Positions 25,902 through 33,972 of a stretch of DNA of 43,616 nucleotides are shown here, piece by piece. The stretch is from contig JAEWJD010000151.1 in assembly GCA_023386765.1 (NCBI GenBank), positions 1 through 43,616 on the forward strand, written 5' to 3'. Position 1 is the first letter of the stretch. Each line of letters starts with the position of its first letter. The DNA comes from Pseudomonadota bacterium (GTDB lineage Bacteria > Pseudomonadota > Gammaproteobacteria > Burkholderiales > Burkholderiaceae_B). A model generated the notes under the pieces. It had not been told where the DNA came from. It did no database searches and saw only the letters and a list, made by a program, of their open reading frames with translations. Both the position numbers and the translations under genes were made by a program.

Positions 25902-27446
25902 TCAGTCCTTCTTGCTCACTTCCCACAGCTGGGGCGTGCCGAAGATGGACGACTCGAACCCTTCTACGTTCTTGCGATAGGCCCCGGTGCTCAGCGTGTT
26001 GAACAGCGCAATGATGGGCACCTGCTCCAGCATGCGGCCGTGCAGCGCATCGAACAAGGCCTGGCGCTTGGCCGGATCGGTTTCGCGCATGGACGCGGTG
26101 AGCTGCTCAAGCGCCTGGGCATCTTCCCAGACCTTGCGCGGCTGCGTGTCCTTGGGACCCATGACCGCCTCGAAACTCAGCGAGGGATCCATGCGGCTGG
26201 AATACGAGAAGGACATCATCTGGTAATTGCCCTTCTGCCACTTGTCCTGCTGCGCGCCCCACTCCAGCACTTCGATCTCGGCATTGATACCGGCTTCCTG
26301 CAGCATTGCCTGGGCGATCACTGCCGCATCGAAGTTGGGCAGGTTGCGCTTGTTGGTGGAAATGACGATTTTCTCGCCCTTGTAGCCGGCCTCGGCCAAC
26401 AACTGCTTGACGCGCGCGCGGTCAGGAACGAACCCGCGCTGCTGCGCCTCGGAGAAGTACGGCGATGCGCTGGGCACCAGCGAGTTGTTGGGCTTGGCCA
26501 GCCCGTAGGTCACGCCCTCGACCAGCTGCTCGTAGTCCAGCGCTGCCGCAATGGCCTGACGCAGCTTGACATTGGACAGCAGCTTGTCGCGGGTCTGCAG
26601 CGGCAGCGTCGACGGCGCGAGCTGGGGCGCCACGGTCACGCCGATCTGCGGATGGCCCTTCATTTCCTCCATTTCGGAGTAGGGCACCTTGGACATGATG
26701 TCGATATCGCCACTGGCCAGCGCCGTCTTGGCCGTGGCCGGATCGGAGATCACCACGAAGCGGATTTCATCGACCTTAGGCTGCTTGCTGCCCACATAGC
26801 CATCGCGCCCGCCCGGCAGGCTGGCATAGTCGTCATAGCGCAGCAGCTGGATGTACTCGCGGGGACGCCACTCGCCCAGCTTGAAAGGGCCGGTACCGAT
26901 GGGTTTGTCCCAGCTGCCGTCGGCCTTGAGCGAATCCCGGTGGGTGATCGCGGTCATGCCGCAATCATTGCGCGCCAGCGAACTGAGGAACAGCGGGTCG
27001 GCCTGATTGATGCGGAACACCACGGTCTTCGCATCCGTGGCCTGGACGTCCTCGACCTTCAAGCGGACACGGCCATCGAAGTCCGACAGGCAACGCCAAC
27101 CCGTCTTCGGGTTCATGAAGCGGTTCCAGCTCCAGACCACGTCATCGGCCGTGAGAGGCGCGCCATTGTGGAACTTGACGCCCTGGCGGAGATGGAAGGT
27201 ATAGGTCAGCCCATCCTCCGAGACATCGATGCGCTCGGCCAGCAGCGGCTTGGCCTGGCCCTTGGCGTCATAGCCCACCAGTCCTTCGACCATATGCAAC
27301 ACCACGGCATCGGTATTGCCGTCGCGGTTGACGCCTGGATCGGTACTGCGGATATCGGCATCCTGATGCACGCGCAACGTCGTCGCGCCAGCACTGGCGC
27401 TGCACAGGGCCCCCAGAACGGCCACAAGAAGAAAACGTTTTTTCAC
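25902..27446 (-). CDS. Peptide/nickel ABC transporter substrate-binding protein (family 5), copy 1
   Basis: GTG start after GGAG; signal peptide; YTFHLRQGVKFHNG, PIGTGPF, LLAEAGY. Confidence 0.94.
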   Translation of the reverse strand: MKKRFLLVAVLGALCSASAGATTLRVHQDADIRSTDPGVNRDGNTDAVVLHMVEGLVGYDAKGQAKPLLAERIDVSEDGLTYTFHLRQGVKFHNGAPLTADDVVWSWNRFMNPKTGWRCLSDFDGRVRLKVEDVQATDAKTVVFRINQADPLFLSSLARNDCGMTAITHRDSLKADGSWDKPIGTGPFKLGEWRPREYIQLLRYDDYASLPGGRDGYVGSKQPKVDEIRFVVISDPATAKTALASGDIDIMSKVPYSEMEEMKGHPQIGVTVAPQLAPSTLPLQTRDKLLSNVKLRQAIAAALDYEQLVEGVTYGLAKPNNSLVPSASPYFSEAQQRGFVPDRARVKQLLAEAGYKGEKIVISTNKRNLPNFDAAVIAQAMLQEAGINAEIEVLEWGAQQDKWQKGNYQMMSFSYSSRMDPSLSFEAVMGPKDTQPRKVWEDAQALEQLTASMRETDPAKRQALFDALHGRMLEQVPIIALFNTLSTGAYRKNVEGFESSIFGTPQLWEVSKKD

Positions 27447-27478
27447 AGCGGGATCTCCAGCAGAAAAAAGGACAGAGG

Positions 27479-28609
27479 TCAGAACCGGGCAGCGCTGCCG
27501 CGCGCCATGAGGTAAGTGGCGTAGCGCGGCTGCAGGCAGGGCAGGCGCGAAACCTGCATCCGCCCGGTGGCCGGCTCCATCAACAAGGTGGCCGTCGTGC
27601 AGGATTCATAGCCCTGCCCGCCCGGCCGCGGCGGGCGGCACACGGAATAAGGCGTCGCGTGCTCATCGCCGAAGGCGTGCTTCAGATCGGCCAGCGTGAG
27701 CTTGTCGCCAGCGGCCTGCAGGCTGGCCTGAACACGCACATCGCGATACAGGCTGTCGGGCGAGGTCTGCACCCCGGTCTCCACCAGCTTGCCGCGCGCC
27801 ACTGGATTGACCCAGTGGTTGGCGTGCACTAGCAACCCTTGCCGGGGGTACAACAGAAAGGTTTCATCGGGTGCGCACTCCAGGCTGAGAGACAGCCCCA
27901 GGCTGCTGCCCAGCAGGACATTGCAGGAGCAGGCCTTGGGCGTGGCCGCGACGATCTGCAACGCCACGGCGAAATGAGCCTGCTCCAGCGCCTTGCGGCG
28001 GATCAGCGGCAAAGGCACCCCGGTCTGCTGGAAGTCGCGCCCGCAAGACAGGCCATTGCCATTGAGCACCAGGCCGGCCGAATTCATGCCGTAGCGCGCC
28101 AGCCCGCCGGCTTCCACGAAAGTCATCACGTCGGGACCATCCTCGCGCAGGATGCGAAGCACGATGGCGGTCTCGGCGCAATCCAGGCGGTTATCCCAGT
28201 TCTGGCCTTGCAGCAGATGGCCGTTGGCGCTGCGCGCCGGCAGAATGGCCGCGCTGGTGCAGGCGTCGGCCGGCGGCGGCTGCAGCGCGGCCTGATGCTG
28301 CAACCGCGCCTGCGTGACGATCTCGCTGCGGGCGTTGATCATCAGCACATCGGCGAAGGGGATGCCCGCGCCATCAGCGATGCCCTGCATCTCCTGCAGG
28401 TAATCCGGCTCGAAAGCCTCGACCTGGTAGCGGAAATCCTCAATCAGCGCCGCCAGGCGGTCTGCCGGAAAGCCAAAGCCATCCAAGGCTCGCGCATAGA
28501 TCGCGGCACTGCGTTTCACCCGCGCGGCCGCCTTCTCGCCGTGCTGGCGGCCGCGCTCGTAGGGTGAACCGTTGACCTCGATCAGGGGGAAAAAATCCCT
28601 ATCTTCCAT
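27479..28609 (-). CDS. Peptidase C45 family Ntn-hydrolase, copy 1
   Basis: ATG at 28609 (alternative 28615) after AAGGA; GSPYERGRQHG, QEMQGIADG, INAR, DA|CT, QNWDN, GMNSAG, VHANHW. Confidence 0.9.
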   Translation of the reverse strand: MEDRDFFPLIEVNGSPYERGRQHGEKAAARVKRSAAIYARALDGFGFPADRLAALIEDFRYQVEAFEPDYLQEMQGIADGAGIPFADVLMINARSEIVTQARLQHQAALQPPPADACTSAAILPARSANGHLLQGQNWDNRLDCAETAIVLRILREDGPDVMTFVEAGGLARYGMNSAGLVLNGNGLSCGRDFQQTGVPLPLIRRKALEQAHFAVALQIVAATPKACSCNVLLGSSLGLSLSLECAPDETFLLYPRQGLLVHANHWVNPVARGKLVETGVQTSPDSLYRDVRVQASLQAAGDKLTLADLKHAFGDEHATPYSVCRPPRPGGQGYESCTTATLLMEPATGRMQVSRLPCLQPRYATYLMARGSAARF

Positions 28610-28661
28610 GTCCATTCCTTCTCGCCATGGGGCGCGCCGGCTGGCCGGCCCGCCCGGTTTC

Positions 28662-30374
28662 CTATGCCTGCGCCGGCTCGTCGAAACGCCAGCGCAACTG
28701 CACGCCGCCACGCTCGTTGGTGTCCAGCGCAGGAATCGCAGACAGCAAACGGCGGGTGTAGGCTTCACGCGGGTGATCGAAGATCTCGTCACGCGCGCCC
28801 TGCTCCACGATGCGTCCGTCCTGCATCACCACCACGCGGTCGGCCACCTGCTCGACCACGCCCAGGTCATGGCTGATGAACAGGCAGGAAAAGCCGTGTT
28901 TGCGCTGCAGCTGGGCAAACAGCTCCAGCACCTGGGCGCGCACGGTCACATCCAGCGCCGAGACTGGCTCATCGGCAATCACGAAAGCCGGCCGGCGCAC
29001 CACCGCGCGGGCGATCGCCACGCGCTGACGCTGCCCGCCCGACATTTCATGCGGAAAGCGCTCGACGTACTCTGGCCCGAGGCCGACCTCACCCAGGATC
29101 TCGTGCACGCGACGGCGCTTGTCGGCCTCGCTCATCGAGGGCACCAGGCGCAAGCCTTCGCCGACCAGTTCGCCGATGTTCATACGCGGATTGAGCGAGG
29201 AATAGGGATCCTGAAAGACCATCTGGCAATTGAGCCGGTAATCCTTCCAGCCCGCATCGCTGGTCTCGATGGAGCGGCCGCGAAACCGGATGCTGCCGTC
29301 CGCCGGACGCAGCAGGCCCGCAATGGCCCGGCCCAGCGTGGTCTTGCCCGATCCGGACCCGCCCACTACCGCCACCACCTCGCGTGGCCGTACCACCAGG
29401 TCGATGCCGTGCAGCGCCTGCTTGGGCTCGCTGCGTCGGAAAAAACGCTGGCGCCCCGGATAACGCACCACCAGATCCCGCACCTCGACAACCGGAGGCT
29501 CATCGGCAATGGCGCGCGCCGGGCCCCGGCGCGGCATGGCCGCCAACAGGCGGCGCGTATAGGCATGCTGCGGGTGATCCAGCAAATCGGCGGTGCGGCC
29601 GCGCTCGACGACTTCGCCCTGGCGCATCACCACCATGCGCTCGGTGTAGCGGGCCACCATCGCCAGGTCATGGCTGATCATGAGCACGGCCGTGTTGCGT
29701 TCGCGCGTGAGGTCCACCATCAGCTCCATCACGTCGCGCTGCACCACCGCGTCCAACGCCGTGGTCGGCTCGTCGGCGATCAGCAGCGCCGGCTCCAGCA
29801 GCATCACCGAAGCCAGCATCATGCGTTGCCGCATGCCGCCCGAGAACTCATGCGGCCATGCCGTCAGCGCGCCCTGCGGGTCGCGGATCCCCACGCGCTG
29901 CAGCATATCCAGGATGCGCTCGCGCCGCGCCTGGCTGTTCAGATCCTTGCGGTGCAGCGCCAGCCCCTCGTCGAGCTGGCGCCCGATGGGCATCGACGGG
30001 TTGAGCGACGTCATGGGTTCCTGGAACACCATGCCGATGCGCGCGCCGCGCAAGGCGCGCATTTCCTTGGGTGTGGCGCGGGTCAGTTCCTGACCTTCGA
30101 AAATGACCCGTCCGCCCGCCCGGGTCAGCGGCGGCGGCGTCAACCCCAGGATGGCGCGCGCGGCCTGCGTCTTGCCACTGCCCGACTCGCCCACGATGCC
30201 CACCATCTCGCCCGGGGCCACATCAAATGACACATGCTTGACGATTTCCCGCCCCTGCGGGCCTACCGTCAAGGTCAGATCCAGTACTTGCACCAGCATC
30301 CCGTTGTCCTTGTCTTGCTGCAAGGCCGTGTTTTTCATGGCAGCGTGGTCCCCCGCCGGATGGATCGTGGTCAT
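28662..30374 (-). CDS. Dipeptide/oligopeptide ABC transporter ATP-binding protein, fused double ATPase
   Basis: Two NBDs: GESGSGKT...FSGGMRQR...IADEPTTALD and GGSGSGKT...MSGGQRQR...IADEPVSALD. Confidence 0.96.
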   Translation of the reverse strand: MTTIHPAGDHAAMKNTALQQDKDNGMLVQVLDLTLTVGPQGREIVKHVSFDVAPGEMVGIVGESGSGKTQAARAILGLTPPPLTRAGGRVIFEGQELTRATPKEMRALRGARIGMVFQEPMTSLNPSMPIGRQLDEGLALHRKDLNSQARRERILDMLQRVGIRDPQGALTAWPHEFSGGMRQRMMLASVMLLEPALLIADEPTTALDAVVQRDVMELMVDLTRERNTAVLMISHDLAMVARYTERMVVMRQGEVVERGRTADLLDHPQHAYTRRLLAAMPRRGPARAIADEPPVVEVRDLVVRYPGRQRFFRRSEPKQALHGIDLVVRPREVVAVVGGSGSGKTTLGRAIAGLLRPADGSIRFRGRSIETSDAGWKDYRLNCQMVFQDPYSSLNPRMNIGELVGEGLRLVPSMSEADKRRRVHEILGEVGLGPEYVERFPHEMSGGQRQRVAIARAVVRRPAFVIADEPVSALDVTVRAQVLELFAQLQRKHGFSCLFISHDLGVVEQVADRVVVMQDGRIVEQGARDEIFDHPREAYTRRLLSAIPALDTNERGGVQLRWRFDEPAQA

Positions 30375-30375
30375 A

Positions 30376-31236
30376 TCAGTGGCCTCCCCCGCGCATGCGC
30401 GGATCGAGCCGGTCGCGCACAGCGTCGCCCAGCAGGTTGATGCCCAGCAAAGTGAACGAAATGCACAACCCCGGAAAGATGGAGAGGTAGGGCGCCTGGG
30501 CCATGAACGGCCGGGCGGCGGCCAGCATGTTGCCCCAGGTGGGCGCCGGCGGCGGCACCCCGAGCCCGAGGAAAGACAGCGCGCTCTCGGCCAGGATGAC
30601 CCAGCCGAACATCGACGTGGCCAGCACCGTCAACGGCGCAATGCAGTTAGGCAATACGTGGCGCCACATGGTGTAGAGCTCGGAGTTGCCCAGCACGCGC
30701 GATGACTCGATGAATTCGCGCTCGCGCAGCGACAGCACCGTTCCGCGCACGATCCGCGTCACCGACGGCGTATAGGCCAGGCCCAGGGCCAGAATGATGC
30801 CGTACTTGTTGGCGCCCACCACCGCCAGCAGCCCCAGTGCCAGCAACAGGCCCGGGAAGGCCAGCAGGGCATTGTTGAAGGCCATGATGATGCGGTCGGT
30901 CCAGCCGCGCAGAAAGCCCGTCACCACGCCGACTGTGGTGCCCACCACCACGGCGAAGCTCACCGTCAGCAGGCTGATCCAGACGCTGCTGGCCGCCCCG
31001 GCGAGCAGCCGTGACAGCACATCGCGGCCGAACTCGTCGGTGCCCAGCAGGAAATGCCAGTCCGGTGCCTTGAGGCGGGCCGAGAAATTGATTTTCAGGG
31101 GATCGAAGGGGGTCCACACCACCCCCATCACGGCAGCGATCAGCACCACGGCGATCAGGCTCCCGCCCAGCCAGGCGTTGGCCGGCAGACGGCGACGACG
31201 CGCCGGTCTGACTCTGGTTTGGTCAGGCGTACTCAT
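30376..31236 (-). CDS. Peptide ABC transporter permease (DppC-like)
   Basis: LLGTDEFGRDVLSRL, EFIESSRVLG, HVLPN, ESALSFLGLG.PPP.PTWG. Confidence 0.96.
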   Translation of the reverse strand: MSTPDQTRVRPARRRRLPANAWLGGSLIAVVLIAAVMGVVWTPFDPLKINFSARLKAPDWHFLLGTDEFGRDVLSRLLAGAASSVWISLLTVSFAVVVGTTVGVVTGFLRGWTDRIIMAFNNALLAFPGLLLALGLLAVVGANKYGIILALGLAYTPSVTRIVRGTVLSLREREFIESSRVLGNSELYTMWRHVLPNCIAPLTVLATSMFGWVILAESALSFLGLGVPPPAPTWGNMLAAARPFMAQAPYLSIFPGLCISFTLLGINLLGDAVRDRLDPRMRGGGH

Positions 31237-32177
31237 TCGGCGGTCACCCTGGGTTCGAAAATCGGATAGAGCAGATCAATCACCAGATTGACCACAACGT
31301 AGATCACCGCCACGAACAGCAGGCAACCCTGGATCACCGGATAATCCCGCGCGAAGATCGAATCCACCAGCAGACGTCCGAGTCCGGGGATGGTGAAGAC
31401 CGTTTCCACCACGGCAATGCCGCCCAGCAGATTGCCCAGCACCAGGCCGATCAGCGTCCACGTCGGGCCGAAAGCATTCTTGAAAACGTGGTGCATCAGT
31501 ACGGCACGCTCGCTCAGCCCCTTGGCGCGCGCATGCGTCACATAGTCGAGCCGCAACACCTCCAGGGCGCTGGCACGCGCCATGCGCATCAATACGCCGA
31601 TCTCATGCAAGAACAACGTCATGATCGGCATGACCAGATACAGGGCCGCGGCCCAGGCGTCCTGGGAGAAGGACACATAGCCCACCACCGGCAACCAGGA
31701 CAGTTTCAGGCCGAAAAACAGCAACAGCAGCAGGCCGAGCCAGAAGGTCGGAATCGACACCAGCAAGGTGGCCGCGCCGACCAGCACCAGGTCCAGGCTG
31801 CCGTTCTGACGCCAGGCCGCGATCATGCCCAGGGGCACGGCCACCAGGGTGGCCAGCAGCACCGCCGAGGCCACCACCTGGGCACTCACCAGAAAACGCC
31901 CCCACACCAGCGGCAGCACGCTCTGGCCAGTGGAAATGGATTGACCCAGATCGCCGTGCAGCAGATCGCCGAACCAGATGAAGAACTGCTCGGCCCAGCT
32001 CAGATTCAGGCCCATGCGCTCGCGCATGTCCTCCAGGGCCGCCGGATCCGCCAGGTCACCCAGCAGAAGCTGGGCCGGGTCTCCGGGTATCAAGCGGATC
32101 AAGATGAACACCGATACCGCCACGATCAATAGTGTCGGCAAGGCCATCCCGATCCGCGTCAAGGCAAAACGCAGCAT
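31233..32177 (-). CDS. Peptide ABC transporter permease (DppB-like)
   Basis: LIPGDPA, GDLGQS, SIPTFW, DYVTHARAKGL, VETVF.IPGLG, RDYPVIQG. Confidence 0.96.
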   Translation of the reverse strand: MLRFALTRIGMALPTLLIVAVSVFILIRLIPGDPAQLLLGDLADPAALEDMRERMGLNLSWAEQFFIWFGDLLHGDLGQSISTGQSVLPLVWGRFLVSAQVVASAVLLATLVAVPLGMIAAWRQNGSLDLVLVGAATLLVSIPTFWLGLLLLLFFGLKLSWLPVVGYVSFSQDAWAAALYLVMPIMTLFLHEIGVLMRMARASALEVLRLDYVTHARAKGLSERAVLMHHVFKNAFGPTWTLIGLVLGNLLGGIAVVETVFTIPGLGRLLVDSIFARDYPVIQGCLLFVAVIYVVVNLVIDLLYPIFEPRVTAE

Positions 32178-32279
32178 GGGCGGATGTCTCCGGTCATTGC
32201 GGCACTTCGCCGTTCGGCGGGCCGCATTGTGTTTTATGGCGCGCCTGGAATGGCGCAGGACACACTGTCAGCGATCGCA

Positions 32280-32335
32280 ACAAATAAGTAAAATTAAAAT
32301 TTATTAGGAGTCATACAAGAAAAACTTCATTGATC
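32280..32335. promoter_or_regulatory. AT-rich divergent promoter region with LysR-type T-N11-A sites
   Basis: AATAAGTAAAATTAAAATTTATT and TCATACAAGAAAAACTTCATTGA lie between the divergent dppB-like and LysR genes. Confidence 0.5.
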
Positions 32336-32355
32336 CCAGGATCCAGGACCGCCCC

Positions 32356-33243
32356 ATGAGCTCCATCCGATTTCTACGCAGCTTTGTCGCCGTCGCCCGC
32401 AGCGGCTCTTTTTCCGCCGCCTCCGAGCGGGTCGCGCTCACGCCGACCGCCGTCAGCCTGCAGATGCGGACCCTGGAAGACGACCTCGGGTGCACGCTGT
32501 TCGACCGCACCGGCAAGATCGTCTCGCTCAACGAACGCGGCCACCGCATGCTGCCCAAGGCCGAAGCGCTGCTGCAGATGTACGAAACCCTGCGCAATGA
32601 CGACGAAGGCCAGCAGGAAGTGATCGGGGCGATTTCGGTCGGCGCGGTGGCCACGTCCATGTCGCTGCTGGCGCGCGCCGTGCTGGACCTGCGCGCCAGC
32701 CACCCCAAGCTGCGCATTCATCTGGGCATCAATTACTCCGGCGACCTGTCCATGCGGGTCAAGGAACGCGAACTGGACGCCGCACTGGCCGTCAAGAGCG
32801 CGCATCGCATCCCGTCAGGCACCTCCTGGACGCCGCTCTATACCGAGCCGCTGGTATTCGTTGCCAACCGACGCAGTGCCGGCAGCCGCGACACCGAAGC
32901 CTTGCTGCGCGAGCGGCTGTTCCTGCGCCCGGCGCGCAACACCCATACGGGCGCGCTGATCGAGCGCTTCATGCGGCGACGCCGGTTGACCTGCAATGAG
33001 TTCCTGGAGATGAACTCCATGCGCACCATGATCGAACTGGTGCAGCAGGACGTGGGCGTGACCATCGTCCCCTTGCAGCGCACGGCCGCCTGGGAAAAAG
33101 ACCGCTCGCTGCTGATACGCCACTTCGACGATCCGAAGGCACATCGTTCCATCGGCTTGTTCGAGAATGACGCGCGCAGCCACCTCACCAGCGTGGTGCG
33201 CCGCCGCCTGCTGCAAGAGCTGGGCGAGCCGCCCGGCGCCTGA
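32356..33243 (+). CDS. LysR family transcriptional regulator
   Basis: LRSFVAVARSGSFSAASERVALTPTAVSLQMRTLEDDLGCTLFDR; 295 aa; divergent from the Dpp operon. Confidence 0.96.
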   Translation: MSSIRFLRSFVAVARSGSFSAASERVALTPTAVSLQMRTLEDDLGCTLFDRTGKIVSLNERGHRMLPKAEALLQMYETLRNDDEGQQEVIGAISVGAVATSMSLLARAVLDLRASHPKLRIHLGINYSGDLSMRVKERELDAALAVKSAHRIPSGTSWTPLYTEPLVFVANRRSAGSRDTEALLRERLFLRPARNTHTGALIERFMRRRRLTCNEFLEMNSMRTMIELVQQDVGVTIVPLQRTAAWEKDRSLLIRHFDDPKAHRSIGLFENDARSHLTSVVRRRLLQELGEPPGA

Positions 33244-33249
33244 GCCGTC

Positions 33250-33972
33250 TCAGGCCCCCACGCCGCCTGGCTCGCCAGTGAAACGCAGGCCCACGCCCGG
33301 CTCGGTGATGAGATAGCGCGGCGCGGTGGCGTCATCGCCCAGTTTGGCGCGCAGCTTTCCCAGCAGGATGCGCAGATAGTGGGTGTCTTGCTCGTGGCTG
33401 GGGCCCCAGACGGCGCGCAGGATCTGGGTCTGGGTGACCAGGCGGCCCTGTTGCTGCAGCAGCAGGGCCAGCAGGGCGAACTCCTTGCGCGTCAGGGGCA
33501 CCGGCTGGCCCTCAAGTCGCACGTCGCGCTGCGTCAGGTCGATACGCAGGCGGCCGTCGTCAAACGCCACCCCGGCCTCGCCGCGCGGCCCGCTGGCGCG
33601 CAGGAAGGCGCGCACGCGCGCCATCAGTTCCTCGACCCCGAACGGCTTGGTGACGTAATCATTGGCGCCGGCATCCAGCAACGCGACTTTCTCGCTCTCG
33701 GCCGCGCGTACCGTCAACACGATCACCGGCACCGACGACCAGCCGCGCAACTCACGCAGCACGTCCAGGCCATCGCGGTCGGGCAGCCCCAGGTCCAGCA
33801 CGACCAGGTCGGCGCCTCGCCCGGCCAGCAGGCTCAGCCCCTGCTGGCCGGTTTCTGCCTGCAGCGTCGCATAGCCCTGCGCGCGCAGGCTGATGTCCAG
33901 AAAGCGCCGGATCTGCGGCTCGTCGTCAACGATGAGCACTCGCGATGCCGGTACGGTCTGCGCAACCGTCAT
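33250..33972 (-). CDS. kdpE: KdpE response regulator (OmpR family)
   Basis: ATG at 33972 overlaps the kdpD stop; VLIVDDEPQIRRFL, LDLGLPD, GANDYVTKPFG, THYLRI, YLITEPGVG. Confidence 0.95.
   Translation of the reverse strand: MTVAQTVPASRVLIVDDEPQIRRFLDISLRAQGYATLQAETGQQGLSLLAGRGADLVVLDLGLPDRDGLDVLRELRGWSSVPVIVLTVRAAESEKVALLDAGANDYVTKPFGVEELMARVRAFLRASGPRGEAGVAFDDGRLRIDLTQRDVRLEGQPVPLTRKEFALLALLLQQQGRLVTQTQILRAVWGPSHEQDTHYLRILLGKLRAKLGDDATAPRYLITEPGVGLRFTGEPGGVGA

Noticed and set aside
23728..25980. 750-aa plus-strand ORF, and similar long ORFs such as 36538-38598, 28572-30230, 26040-27515, 39563-41074 and 5519-7063
   Set aside because: They are antisense shadows of well-supported genes; high-GC codon bias suppresses stops on the opposite strand, and they have no recognisable motifs.
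23716..28609. Beta-lactam biosynthetic cluster, suggested by isopenicillin-N acyltransferase-family genes
   Set aside because: No ACV synthetase/NRPS or isopenicillin N synthase is present; the context is import and hydrolysis.
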